A DNA stretch of 64,000 nt from Chrysomallon squamiferum (lineage: Eukaryota; Animalia; Mollusca), in the NCBI GenBank assembly GCA_012295275.1, contig CM022671.1, forward strand, positions 22,568,001 through 22,632,000, in the 5' to 3' direction. Each line of letters opens with the position of its first letter. Within the stretch, counting starts at the first letter, position 1. Below are positions 14,053 through 28,700 of this stretch, piece after piece. Under the pieces are notes generated by a model. It did not search any database. It saw nothing but the letters and a program-made list of their open reading frames with translations, and was not told where the DNA came from. A program made the position numbers and the translations under genes.

Positions 14053-16105
14053 TTCTTGACATTTAATAACCGTTATTATTATGATGTACTGAGGTATTCT
14101 TAAGCAAATATTCATGCATCTTTAAAATATATAGATATTTCCACAGATTTGCCTTCAGCAAATGACATTACATTATTCTTGGCCCTCAGGCAAGGTATTT
14201 ACCTTTGTCTAAGTCAGTTTTATTGATAATATCATAGCCTCTCTTTTAGTGGTAATACATACATAAATATATACATAACACGAATTTCACTCAATGGTTA
14301 TATAATAGTGTGCTTAGCTTTGTTGTCTCTTAGTGCTTATATAATTGTCATATCTAGTGATGTATAAATATTTATTCAACATTGCCATATAGAATATAGG
14401 ATATTTGCCTTCAGTCAATAAGTTACATATATTCAGATTTTCTTGCCCTTAGTGGTGTACATAAATAATTATTCAATATTGCCTAAAGGCTATGTACAAA
14501 TTTCTTCTTCTTCTTTTTTCCTTCTTGTTGTATGGCATAAGAAATATTTATTCAGCTTTTTCTACAGGCAGCATATATTGATATTGTTTTTGTTTTTTTA
14601 CCATTTTAATTCTTTGATATATTGATATGTTAATAAATATTATTATGGACATGCATAAAGATCTGTTTATTCATCTATGGCTCATTGTGTATGTATGCAT
14701 GCTTGCACAATCATGGCTATGATTAATTCTCTGTTTATGGTGATATTTATCCATCTCTGCATAGGTTTTGTGGTGTTTTTCACCTTTACCTTCAGGCAAT
14801 AAGTAAGTGTGTTCAGGAGATGTTTCCATAGCTTCACTCTCAGTCAGTGGTTTCTCCCAGGTGGTTTGCTTGCAGCTTGGAAAAAACATCCTGAATAGGT
14901 TGACTACAGCGGCTGTGATTAGTGTACTGGGAGAGCTTTGTAAATAACACAGTGTATGTCGGCAGTAAAAGTCAAAAGTAGATGTTCAAAATGGCTGCCA
15001 AAATTCTTTAAGAACGTTACCTTGTTTTTTTTCTCCCTGTGTATTTTTTTTCATATTACATGTTTACATGTACATGATAAAAGAGGATAAAATAAAATAA
15101 TATAAAAATATTTTCAGCACCTTTATATTAAAAAGTGTCATCTGACAGTTTTATGGTAGAACTGAATGTCTCATTTTTTGAATTCATCTTGATAAAAATG
15201 TGTTAACAGTTTTGTAATGAGCAGTCATTTTTTTTTTTTTTATGAAACTTCCATTGATTTAATAACTTCGGTGTTATTAATCTAAGAAAAAAAAAACTTT
15301 TTTTTTTATTTTTTATTATGCCATGCAGTAAATCTCCAACTGAATGTTGAAATCATCAAAAAATGACAGTCTCTGTTTTAGCAGTATAATCATTTTTATT
15401 TTCTTGTGAAAATTACATTCATTTATCGTTACAGTAAATTTAGACTGCAGCTGTTTTTATATTTTTCAACATCTCTTAATATTTCCATCTAAAACTGCAG
15501 TAGTTCTCAAATAAATTTCACCTGAATTTTAAATTCCAGTTTACTCGATAAAGTACAGTTTAAAAACCAATTAGAAGAAAGGATATTAAATTTTATTCTT
15601 AATATTATATTTATAAGCGAATTTTTAATGTAGGAAAAGATTAATGTTTTCTGTATTGTAAACGACCATTACTATCAGTAACATTTAAAATAAAAAAAAA
15701 AACAGAAGAAAAAAATGGTGTATATAAATTGTAAGGTGTTTAACAGTAAATGTCAATTCTTAAAATAATTTTTTTTTCTCTATATTAAACATTACAACAA
15801 CAACAACAAAAAAAAAAAAAATAAATTTAAAAAGGTCATATAATCCACTTTTTAAGCCTTTTAATAGTACCTGCCAATTTGTGCAGTAAATTACTAAAGA
15901 GCATTAATGTTGTTTTTTGGGGGGGATTGGGTAGTTTTTTACACATTAAAGGTAACTCATAAATGTCAGTTAAATACTGACTGCTGATTTTAATTACAGA
16001 AAAGGTCAATCCCTTAAATTGTTGGAGTTTTTTTTACTTCAGAATATTCTAGAACATTTTTTTTTTAATGACAATCCCACAATCCACTCCTCATAAATCC
16101 ATCCC

Positions 16106-16144
<39 letters not shown>

Positions 16145-16974
16145 ATCCAGACAGTCCCATAAAACCGAAATTCCATCTCACTCATACATCATTAATAACG
16201 TTTGTCTCTTCAGTTCAGCTAACAATGTTCTTGTAATTATTTATGGATTGGTTGTGTAATTTATCGATTGGTCGTGACTGAATGGGTGCACTCACGTGGA
16301 GAATGCTACAGTTGTCTTCTGGCTGCTTTGGTAATCGAGGTTACGTTTGGGGATTGAATGCCAGCAATGTTCAACTGTTGTATTCCGCACTGCATGTTTT
16401 ATGTATATTTAATTATAACATTTGTTTCCTGCCATCTGTATTTTATGCCACGTTGTTCAGTGCAGTCTGTTTTGTCTGGATATTGTTATTGCTTTGTCCT
16501 TGGTGCTGCCAGTGGCTATGTCTTCATATTTTAAGGCAAATTTATGAAATTCCTTCTAAAATGGATTTTTTTTTTTTTTTTTTTTTTTTTTATCTCTATC
16601 TCTGATCTAGAGAATTTTAAAAATATGTTGTTAAATGATAACGTGTGGTAATAAATATTAATGTAAAAAGAGAAAGAAAAAAGAAGAAAAAAAAAATGCT
16701 ACAGAAGTAATTTTATTGTTTGAAAAGGGGGAAATGTTAAATGTTACTTTTTATTTATTATCAATATTATTATTATTATTATTATTGTTATTGTTGTCAT
16801 ATATTTTTTGTTGTCGTTCAAAATTTCTTGGTTAAATTGATCTTTTTTTCTTCCTTTTTCTTTTTCTCCCCAGTTATAGAGATATATAATAAAAAAAAAG
16901 ACTATAAAAAAAATTTAACATTTAACTTGCAACTCACTTTTGACAGTATTTATACTCTGATGAATAATTGATTA

Positions 16975-16975
<1 letters not shown>

Positions 16976-17039
<64 letters not shown>
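16976..17039. repeat. (CT)n microsatellite
   Basis: Perfect run. Confidence 0.98.
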
Positions 17040-17043
<4 letters not shown>

Positions 17044-17384
17044 GAATATATATATCATATACCGAGAAACAAAAACCAAAGCAATTAAAAATTTTAAAAA
17101 AAAGGTAAAAAAAAAAAAAGCAAGAAAGAAAGAAAGCAAAGAGAAAAAGAAGAAAAAGCCTGCTCAGAAATAATGACAACACAAATTTTGTTTAATCAGA
17201 CCAGTACAGCATCTTTTCATCTCTATTTGTCATCTGCTTTGAAGCCAAGACCTTTAAACTGTTCCGAAAGAGAAGGAGATAAGCATCCATTACCCTCTGT
17301 GGGTGAAGGCCTATTTTTAGCAAATAGTTCCTTCGCTCAAGCGGAGAGACTTGTTTCATCTCTAAATGATGTGGAGGAGGCGAT

Positions 17385-18000
17385 GATGTAGATAGATTAA
17401 TAATTACAGAGACAGACGCAAAACGGTTGATGTACGTGGTTTAATTACGCACAGACTTGCTTGAAGTAATTGACATAGTCAGACTAATTCTGTAGACTTG
17501 CTCAGACCACCTCATTGTAGACTTGCTCAAAACTGTTGATGCAGATGTGTTGTTTAGATAGATTTTGCTCTAAACAATGATGTCGAAAAGGTCCGATTAA
17601 GTAGACTTCTTCAGAGCAACTGATGTAGAAAGAAATCAATTGCATACATCTGCTCTGAGTAGTTAATTAGATAGATTTATTCAAGACTTTTGATATGGAA
17701 TACATAATATGTAGATGTGCTCAAAGGTTAATTAAATTGTTGATAGAGTCAAGTTAATTACATAGTCTGGCTAAAAAAAAAAAAATATTGATTTGGTCAG
17801 GTTAATTACACGAACATTTCATATAAATAGGTTAATTTTATAGGTTCTTGTCAGATAGTTCATGTAGATAGACTAATTAAACTGACTTGCTACATACAAA
17901 TTATACAGATAGTTCAGCTTCATAGGTTAGCTCTAAACACTGGCTGTAGATGGTTCATTAAACATAGCTAATGCAAACAGGTAATGTAGATACATTATCT
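17385..18000. repeat. Degenerate repeat region (gatgtagat / gtagacttgctca / gttaattacatag motifs)
   Basis: Repeated variants of three short motifs over about 600 bp. Confidence 0.6.
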
Positions 18001-19019
18001 TAGTATTAAATGCTGATAATACCAGCTTGCTTCACAAAAACATTATTAAATGTTAATTGTGAAGACTTCGTGTAAAGAATTCACTTCCCGCTTAGGTAAT
18101 GTGTGTTGTTACAGTCTAAGAAACAAACTGGGTTTGGTGTAGATGGATGGAAATAGGGAGTGGGAGGCCAAGACTGAGAGTCAAGAGAAAGAGAGAGAGA
18201 GAGAAATTAATAAAAGATGAAGACGTTTGATTCAAGTCTGACAAGATATGTGTAGGTGTTTCAATTGCAGGGGGAAAAAAAAATCAGTTAGCTTTTTTTT
18301 TTTTTTTTGTTGTTGTTGTTGTTTTTTTACTTCTTTAATCACATTGTCTAGTTGTTGTCAAATTTGAAAAATTTATGTCAGTAATGAACATCATGCAATA
18401 CTTGTTTATTTTATAATCTTTTCTTTTTGGTGGTTTTTTTTTTTGGTTCATTTCCTTGCATACATACATACATACATACATACATACATAGAGATATATA
18501 TTTGTAAATTTTTTTTAAATTTTTTTTTTTTATTAAGTTTTTGTTATGAAGCAGACTGTGTTTCAGAAATGTCTCTGGAGAGTGAAGATTTTGTTAATGT
18601 TTATCTGTGGAAATCGGAAATTACAGCAAGGCATTTCCTGCCTGCATTTCTAACCTCCTGTTTGAAACGTGAAATGTAAACCATCTTTTTTTTTTATTTA
18701 ATACAAACTTTTTTTCACAGCATTTTAACAATTAGTAATTTGCCTTTTTATAAATCTCTGCCAGATATCTCCACATTTGATTATTTCTTAATATGAGAGA
18801 TAACTGATTTGTCTGTAAAGTCAAAATCCTAAAATGTCCTTGGCAAGCTGAAACCAACTGCAATTTTATCTGTGTAATGTTTAGACAGTACGCTAAATTT
18901 AACTAATTTGAAAGAAGAAAACATTTTTATCTGTTCGCACTTGGCACTTCATCATTTAAGTCTAGAAGTATGTCCCTTACATGATCATGTTAAAAGTTCT
19001 GAGCTGTAAAAGTTACAAA

Positions 19020-19053
<34 letters not shown>

Positions 19054-19371
19054 CAGAATTAGGTGGAGTATTGCACTCACTTCAAAGTCAAGGGCCTTAA
19101 GATCAAACCTCTTTAGTACAAATTTTATATAACTAATGTTAAAAGATCAGAGAAGTTTTAAAGTAAAAAAATCCAATGTTTAAGATCAGAATTAAATGAA
19201 GCCAGCTGTATAATTTCAGAATAAGAATACTTATCTGATGGAAAAAAGGATATATGGGTTCAGAGCTCATTAGAACAGAACAGATTTATATTTAACAAAA
19301 TAAAAGAAGAAGAAAAAGAGTAATGATTGGCGAGTTTTAATGTAAGATGTAACTTCATTTTAAACTAGCAG

Positions 19372-19550
19372 TTGCATCTATATCAGTCGTAAAGCATTAT
19401 CTGGAGAGCTGTAGGTCGTAAGATCAATCCTTCTGAATGCACTCACTGTACTACTTGCAACCTGTATATTCTGACTACTACTGCATCAAACATGATGGTA
19501 TGTGTTGTCCTGTTTCCTGCAGAGTACATTAAAAAGATCTCTTGCTGATA
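19372..19550 (+). mobile_element. Degenerate tRNA-derived SINE (Meta-SINE-like molluscan family)
   Basis: A-box-like tcagtcgtaaagca, B-box-like ggtcgtaagatcaatcc, then tggtatgtgttgtcctgt...acattaaaaagatctcttgctg. This resembles, from memory, the molluscan SINE core GGTATGTGCTATCCTGTCTGTGGGATGGTGCATATAAAAGATCCCTTGCTGC. Confidence 0.6.
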
Positions 19551-22500
19551 ATATTAAATAAAACAGATGATGTCTAACTTTCATATACAACCCACAAAAT
19601 GACTTCACCCAGATTTATTCTCTCACTGGGCATTGTTAAAAATAAAATGAACGAGAAAAGAAACCTTATTAGTCTTTTATCTTTTACAGTAACTTAATAC
19701 AATGGTTCCATCAGTGAGAGTTGATCCAGCAGCCTCTCATTTGTCATTTAATTGCCAACAGTGGTTTATAATGCTCTGTCTGCATGTCCCCAGGCTGATT
19801 CACTTCAGAACAACTCCATTAAGCATTGATCAGCTGTTGACTGTTAACACTATAGTTTATCGACTGCAGGGTCTGGCAGGCAAAGACAAGTGCAGCAGGA
19901 TTATTGATACGACACAATCAGCCTGCAATCTCACTTGGCACAATCATGGCTGCTGCCAATAGGAAATAATGGCAGAGAAAAATAAAACACACAAAAAAAA
20001 AAAAAAAAAACCTCCAATCGATTCTGTAGCACTTGGCAGTATTTAAAGCAAGCCTTCTAGCTTTTTGGAAAAAAAAATTTTTTAATATGTTTTATATATT
20101 TTTTATTATTTTTTATGTATTATGATTATTATTATTATTATTAAAATAATTCTATTTTTTATCCCTGGATAAGCCACTTGAAATATCTTGTAAACTAGTG
20201 TTTCCACCCACATACACTTGTACTGCAGATACAAGGAGATAGCTAATGCAGGTGATTAAATGCCAATATCACCAGCGGATGGCGTGTGTTATTTTAGCTT
20301 TATTTATCCATTTTCCATGTATGAATTATGTTTAAGTGGGCAAAAACAGCTTATATTTGTACCAAGTGTTCTGATTTAACTGATAAATCGTCTTGTAATG
20401 TCCCTTCTTTTGGAAGGTGCTTATAAACGGTTACTTGTTTGTGAAAGAAGATGAAGGTTATTTTTAAATAAATGTTCCATGGCAGACACTTTAACGTAAG
20501 CTTCTAGACCTCAAAGCACTGAAGCGACTAACAAAAATTCTTATTTAAAGATCTTGTGTCTTCTGTGCTGTTGAAGAATTAGTAAAATAGACTATTTATG
20601 TGTAATGAAGTATGGTGACATAAAATGATCTACAAACAAAAGAAAAGATGACTAATAGAGTATTGATTTACTGATTTTCTCTCTTCAAATATGTCTGTCT
20701 TTCATTTGTACTCTTTTTCGTGCTGACTTTTTCTGTTTACAATATCTGGATATCAGTCATTCAATTTATTTGTCTTTTTTTGCCTTTTCATCTTTTTTTC
20801 ATTAGTTTTTCCCCCTCATTATTTGCTAATATTTTCAGGCCATACCCTTTCTAAATTAACAAATATCTCACAAATATGTCTTTATTCTTCAGTTCCTGTA
20901 TCTCATTCATGTTCTTTATCTTTTCTTCATTCCATTCCTCCTCCTTTTCTTTTCTTTTCTCTCTATCTCTTTGTTCCCTGTCCTTTTTTTCCTCAACAGT
21001 TTCTACTCCCTTCAAATGTCTGTTTATTACAAGAAATCCATTGGCTGCAACAAGTGTAGAAAGCCAGGCTGCTAGGAACTGTGGATCAGTTACTCACATG
21101 AGTCACTCTTCCCTAGGTCTCTTGTGAAGATGTCGTTATGGTCGTGACCTAGATCCTTGGGCCCTGCTCACAGGATATGAAGCTCATAAACAGTTGAGAA
21201 TACTCATTGTTTTATGACAGCTTATATCCTGAAGGAAGTGAGTTTTGGCAGCAAATTCTCTGATATTTTATGAATCTGCAAAAGTTGAATATTTATGTGT
21301 TCTTTTTCAAACAGCAAAAAGTTAAAGCACATAAAAAGCATGTTTTCAACTGACTTAATTTATTAAATTATTTATTTTATTACGTTCAGTATCAATAACT
21401 GTGACGTGATTTTTTTTTAAATACTGTAATTTAAAACAAATTCTTTCTGTCTGTCATAGTTTGATACTGTGTCATCTGTTTGGAAATATTCAAAAAAAAA
21501 ATGTTTAGTCAACCTACATAATTTCCTGTAGTACTTGAAGTTTGTGATATGTAGTTCATACCAATTGTAGTTTTGAAAAATACTCATTTTTTTTCACTTG
21601 TGCTCAATCTTTTCACTCTCTCTGCCACCCTTTTTTCTTTCACTCTTTCTTCCTTTACACGTTCTCTTTACTTTTTTCACAGTCTTTCCTTTCAAATTAA
21701 TATGACAGCAACTTGGAAATCACCACCCTTTTTCTTGCCTCTTTCTTTGTGGTTCAGCTCTCAGAAGTTACTCTTGATTTGCAATCACAGCTCTTCAACT
21801 TTTGTCACTGTCATGTCACTGGAGACATCATCTGCTGCTGAACATAGGGATCGAACATTAATCAAGAAGTTTGGGGCCAAGAGGTTCCACTTAGTTACAG
21901 CAGTGAATACCAACAGCGCGAAAGGTAAATGTGATTTGGGTAATGGAATTTGGACCAAGGCCATTTCGCAGGACATGCTTGGAGTACAAGAGGCCATTCC
22001 AGCTTCATCCAATGTTATTGTATTGACATGTTGATGGATCTGCTCATTCACTCTGGAATTGGTTAGATGTAGTAGCCATGGTAGCCATAATCGTTGGGAT
22101 TGGTCAAAGGTAGTCTTGGGATTTGTGAAAGGTTGTCATGGTAGCCATGGTCATGGGATTGGTTTAGATTTAGTCATTGTAGATATGAAGCGCAATAAAA
22201 TCTGTTGTTTTAAAAATTTTTTTCAGTAGAATGATCAAATTTTTTAAAACAAAATTTCTGTTTTTAAATCTCTTTAATTTTCCTCACCCTTTCTTTCTCT
22301 TGTTTAAAGCAAATAACTCTACATAATTAAATTATTTTTTATTTAAAATTTAAAAAATAGCGTTAACTGATATGAATAAGTTACCTGACCATGCATTTAA
22401 CTAGTGTAAAAAAAAAAAAAAAAAAACCCCCAAAACACCTAAATTTAATTACAGCAAATGGATTGTTGTGATCTGACATTAGCAACTGGATATTGACCAC

Positions 22501-22854
22501 ATTGCATTTAGCATTTCAGTCGATACTGTTCAAACTAATTAAAATACATGATTGTGTGCAGGCAGGCTTTAGTGTTGATTGCATGCAAGTGCTTTGGAAG
22601 ATGTGTCATCGTGGAGGAATACCAATACCTTGTTGCAGGATGGCTTGATTAAATTACTGTTTGAGAAGCAAGAGTGCAGCACTGCAATGCTTTTAGCACA
22701 CAAAGTAATCTGTCTTGAAAAGGGCACCACTGACGGTGAGGATATAGGGCAGAGAGTTTAAGTGTTAGATAAATGATGCTGGGACAGTGTTTCCTGGACC
22801 CGAATGTCTGATAATAAGGATTGAAGTGTGTGTGTGTGTCTGTACACAGAGAGC

Positions 22855-22969
<115 letters not shown>

Positions 22970-25136
22970 TACATCAAATTTTGTATCGTAATATATACAT
23001 ATATTTTTCTTCAGATAGATGGAATTGATTTTGAATGATTATTAAGCAGATCAAAAAAACATAATTCAAGTGTGTGTGTGTTTTTGTAATTTGTGTACTG
23101 CTAGTATACAAGTCACTGTATAAATGGTTTTAAGAACCTAAAGGATTGTCTAGACTACATAATATAACCCCAGAGTTAGTGCATGCTCAGACACACATGT
23201 CCACATCTGCCTCTTTGTGTTGTTAGACTGAAATATATATCTAGCCAGTATTTTACAATATGGCGTGTATGTGTGGACGTGTGTGTGTGTGTGTGTGCAA
23301 GTGTTTGCATGTAGCAATCCACGATATCGATCTTCAAAGCCAAAATGATAAAAATTTATTAACCCCAGACTACTTTCTAATTCTGCATAATAGCACCATC
23401 ATTCATTTGTTGCTAAATTGATTTTTCCCACTCATGTTGCATGAAATTTTGGAAACAAGAGCATAATTATATTTTAAGATAAAGCAGCCTGTTTGTTTTT
23501 TAGTGAAATTTACAAAACCAGAACATAAGCAATTATCTGTTGTATGGATTTTATTTTTCATGAAATTAGTTATAACACAAGAATTTAATAAATATATTCA
23601 GAACAGAACAGAGTTGTTGTTTTCTACAAATTTCTGACCTAAGAGTAGTATTTGAATGTTTTCAGTGAAATTTTTAAGAGTGGAATAGAATAATGTAACA
23701 ATTAAATAAGGCAAAAGCAAAACTGTTACATCTTAAAACATCCTTCATATATTCAATCAAATCGTGCGCAGAACAAGAGCATATCAGCTGCATTGTAGAC
23801 AAAAGAACCATTTTATTTTGTATGAAATTTCCCAAAACAGGAGTATCATGTTTTAATTTTAATCACAACCACAAGCACATATCACATACTAACATCATTA
23901 TTTACTGCAGAATTGATTTCTTCATCGACATTTCTGAAGTCCACAAAACAGGAATAGAACAATAACTGAAAACACCAACAGCAATATTATTTCCTAGGTA
24001 ATTTTAAGAACAAAACGATCACATTCAGGACAAACAATAACCCATTTTATTCTCAAGCTTTGACCTGTCAAAGCTGATGTTAATTGATGAACCAGAGAGA
24101 GAGAAATCTGCTGTGGGCTTTAAGAGATCACTGTAGCTCCTGTTTGTTTGTGTTGGCGGCCAGGAAGCCCAGTTTCCTGTGTTTTTTTCAACAAACTCAC
24201 CTTTCAGCTGGGCTCCTTCTTGCCAGACCAAAGAGGGTGTTTACAACATTGATCTTTCTCACTGGCTGAATTCTTCGAGGAAATTGATCACAAAAGTCTT
24301 GGCACCTAATTTCTCTCTACTGGTGTTATTATCGCCTTTCTTTTACCTTTTGCATCGTGGGATGGAACAAAAGAAATACTACTTTCTGAAAGTTTTATTT
24401 CCCTTTATTGATTTATTTATTTATTTATTTTATTTACTTTTTTTTAAATTTATTTATTTTTATTTTATTTGCTTTTAAAAAAAAAAAAAATTATTATTAT
24501 TTTTTTTTTTTTTAATTTAATTTATTTTATTTTATTATTATTATTTTTTTTTAATCATAATTTATTACATTTTTAATTTGAATTAAGCTTAGTAGAATTA
24601 AAATACTAAACAAATTTTTATAAAAAAAAAAAAAAAAATTATTTAATAAAACAAGATATAAAAAATCCAAGAAATAAACGTAACATACTTAACAAAACAT
24701 TTTGTATTTGCTTTATAATCTTTTGTGAAAAAAAAAGTTAATGATAAATTTAAAAAAAGAAAAGAAAATTAAAGACAGAAAGGTCGGAATTAAGATATTT
24801 AAAGTTGACAAAGAGGCAGTTAAAATAAATTGTGGTTTATTTTACTTTCAAGTGATTTGATAACAGACATACTGTACATGCTTGTTTTATGCTCTTTGTG
24901 ACAGGACACAAAATTAATGGGCTGTGTATGAACTATAGAGTTTGTTTCTCACACAATTTGTGTTTTGTACCTTTTTCTTCTTCTTTTTATTACTTTTTGC
25001 AGGTGTAAGGTCTTAAATGTGCCATTCTTGACAAGTGGAAATTATTTCTTGATGATGAACCTTTGAATTTTTCTTGTTGTTTTCAAAAAAAGATAATTGC
25101 ATCTTTGTCTTGTTATACATAGTGGTTTGAAAAGTA

Positions 25137-25139
<3 letters not shown>

Positions 25140-25192
<53 letters not shown>
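25140..25192. repeat. (CT)n microsatellite
   Basis: Perfect run. Confidence 0.97.
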
Positions 25193-25194
<2 letters not shown>

Positions 25195-25669
25195 GTTTGT
25201 TTATTTTTGTATTTTTCTTTATTCAGTCTTTCTTTATTTATTGTTTGGTGTTCAGGAATATTTTGATATATCTCAACCTTGACAAATCCATATAAAAATA
25301 AAATGCATAGTACCATTTTACTGTCATATATGCATGTCTATATAAAAACACATACTCTCAGAAATACATACACTCATTGAATTCTAAAAATAAATTTTCC
25401 AAAGTGTCATGAAATCAACACAAACAGATATGAAGATGAACACTTTAGATGTCTATCAGCAGAATCTATACCTGGCAGGCATATGAAAACATTTTGAAAC
25501 AGCACACACCTCCCAGACTCCTATCATTATACCAAACAGATGGTCTCCTCCTGTGTTTGAACTCTTCTGTCTGAAAAGTCTTGTATCATACCAGTGTGTG
25601 CAGTTAGAATAACAAACAAAATATCCTAGACACTACATGTAGTTATTGTGAGATGGGCCTGGTGAGAAC

Positions 25670-25724
25670 AATGATACAGAAGTGTGAGATAAATACAGAA
25701 TGATACAGAAGTGTGAGATAAATA
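25670..25724. repeat. 29-bp tandem duplication
   Basis: aatgatacagaagtgtgagataaata occurs twice. Confidence 0.9.
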
Positions 25725-28700
25725 TAAAAATGAACGTTGGACAAAACTAGATCTGATTTATATGTCATTGTGAACTTGAATGCTTTTCTTATTGTTAGGT
25801 TTTCTCAATTTTCTTTTCTTTTTTTTTTTTTTTTTTTTTTTTTCTTGAAGTATTCCTGTAGTATTATGAAAGAAATGTCTTTAAGAAAATTCTTTATACT
25901 TTCAAAGTAATTTTGTTATTGATTTGGGTGACTTGACCCATCAAGGTTAAGAACAGAGTATCATCAGCATGACAATAAAATAATATTTGGAGTGAGTATA
26001 TAAATGGAACTATAAGAAACATACAGTTACCCTCTTTTGATTTCATTGTTTTTCTTGAGATTTATAATAATAATAATTATTATTATTATTATTATTATAA
26101 TTACAGTAATAATAATAATTATAATAATATATGTTGTTATTATTAATTTATTTATTTATTATTCAGATGAAAATAATTATAATTGATGCTTTTTTTTCCA
26201 TCGTATATTTTCCAATTTCATTCTGTTTTGTTTATAATTACTTTCATTATTTACTTTTATTATTTTTGTCAAGTCATGTGAAATGGATCAAAAGAACATA
26301 TTATGTTTAATATGTGCATCTGCTTAAAACAAGTTATGGTATACATTATTCATAAGAAATATTATGTATGTGCATAATTTAAATAACATTTCCGTGCACA
26401 AATCTCCTTTTGATTATGTTTTTATGGATATGTAGTTAGAACATGACTGATAAACTGTTAACCTTCATTCAGCTTAGAATAGTGGAACCATTTCATAATG
26501 AAGTTAAAATAAACCTTTTTGTTAATACAAAATCAGCACCTTGGTCCTATCTTGAACCTGTATACAGAAATTTGTCAGTTATGAAAATAGTTATGATATT
26601 TTTTTTTTATAGCTAGACTAAAATCGGGTATTTAAGTGCCTTGCTTAATCTAGCTCCGAAGTTGTAAATTTTAGTTAAATATTTCAGTGGTACTTCATAT
26701 TCAAACATTTTATTTGTTTCAGTTAAAAAGAATAAATGAATGCTTGATTTTTACCAGATGTTCCATGAAAAGTCCCTGTATTGAAAAAAAAAAATTAACA
26801 GTTTTTACTTTTTATTTATATAGTGTTTACAATCAAACTCTATAAATCACAAAAGTATTAAATTTTACATTTTATCTAAAAAAAAGTGTTCACAATTACA
26901 ATTATATCAGACTACAGAATGAAACCCATATTAATGTCCACAATATTAAAAACACTGGTGTTTTTGTTTGTTGGGGGGGGTGATTTTGTTCTCTCATTGA
27001 AGAGGTTGACTTGCATACATATCCTGATGATGGGATCATTTAAGAAGATTCTAAGAAATAAAACCAGAAGTTTTTACAGAAGAATTATTCATGCTGTACA
27101 CAATGAATAAATGATTAACAACACCTTGGAATATTGTAATATTAACAATTACCAGCTGTTAAATATTCATTTATTATATATATATATATATTTCAGAAAA
27201 ACTCACCACTGCTATTTTAGTCATTTAGTCATCAGCAAGGACTGTTTATTAATTGTATTTCTTGCCAGTGATTGGAAAACTGATAACATGGTCTTTGATA
27301 AACCAGTGTTCAGGTATATCCTTTGACACTTCAAATGTATTGCTGCACAGAAATAGCCCAGGACACTATATTATGTATACATAACCCATACTGATGAACA
27401 ACAACAGATAAACACTACAAAAATAGTTTCAAAAGAAAGACAAATATTTTGTCACAAGAGGCTAGACTGTTGGGCATTTAGAATTATCAATAAAGATAAA
27501 AGTAGGTGCGTTTTTTTTTAATTCTTTTTTTATTATTGTTCATAAACTCTGTGCAGAAAATGAAACAATTCAGCAAATGGATATAGATAAGTGTAATAAT
27601 GGTATCAGATATTTTTTTTTTTTTTTTTTTTTAAATGTGGAAAAGAAGACAAAAGAAAAAAGAATATTTGTCAAAACAGTTGTGTGACAGATGTGATTGA
27701 GTGTTTTAATCACTGGGATTTATTGTGTATTTATTGGTGATTAATCTGAAAACTGATAACTGGTAATTAATAAAAAAAAAAAATAATAATAATAGGAAAC
27801 AAACAAACAAAATTAAAAACAACAATAAATTCCAGTTAAATTGTTATTTTTGAATGTTAAAAATTATTATGTGTTACCATCATCATGATTATTTGATTTT
27901 GTTTTATTTTTTTTTTTTATTCCTTTTTGACGAAAAAGGGAAAGTTTGTTATTTTTGTAGCATTTTTTATCATGCAAAATATAAAAAATATGAATAAATA
28001 AATAAATAAATAAACTCCCACCAAAAAAGTCAATTTCGTTTTACTGCACATCGCTGACTGTAAAAGCCTTTTTCATTTTACTTCTTATGTTTCTGTTTGG
28101 GAAGTCATATCTGTTATTAGAAAATTCTTTTTAAATTCTTTTTTTTTATTTGTTTCTTTCTTTGAAATATGATTCCATTTTAGAATCTTTTAAAATTTTT
28201 ATGACAAACTTTCTGTAATAATAAAAAAAAAAAAATTTTTTTATATCTTCTCTGTATTTAAATTTTTTTCTTCTTTTTTAAATCTTTTCTGTGTTTCTCT
28301 TTAACTTTTAAATTTTTTTCTCTCTTTCATTCTTTAAACTTATTTCTGTCTTGCATTCTTTTTCTTTCACTTTTATCTTTCATTTCCATCTTTTTTCTTT
28401 TTTTTTTTTCTCAAGACTTCCTTTTTCTTTGTTTTTATTATTTACATCCTCCGACATTTTTTTTTTTTTTAAAACACAAAAAGAAGATTTACTGTAGCTT
28501 TCACAAATTGGCTGTCTCATTATTTAACCCACCCCTTGTCACTGCATTGAATGGCAAAATGATGAAAATGGTACTGAAAACTCCCTACTTCCATTTTAAA
28601 ATGATAATAAATCATTTCTCACAACTCTCCACAAAAAAAAAAAAAAAAAAAAAAAAGAAAGAAAGAAAGAAAAAAAGTTTTTGCCTTGTTTCAGTGTATC

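Noticed and set aside
19372-19435. tRNA gene
   Set aside because: Only degenerate A/B boxes with no cloverleaf; better explained as a SINE head.
21573-22051. 153-aa (+) and 88-aa (-) ORFs
   Set aside because: Non-ATG starts, a low-complexity N-terminus, no recognisable domain, and not needed for TMEM132 exon phase continuity.
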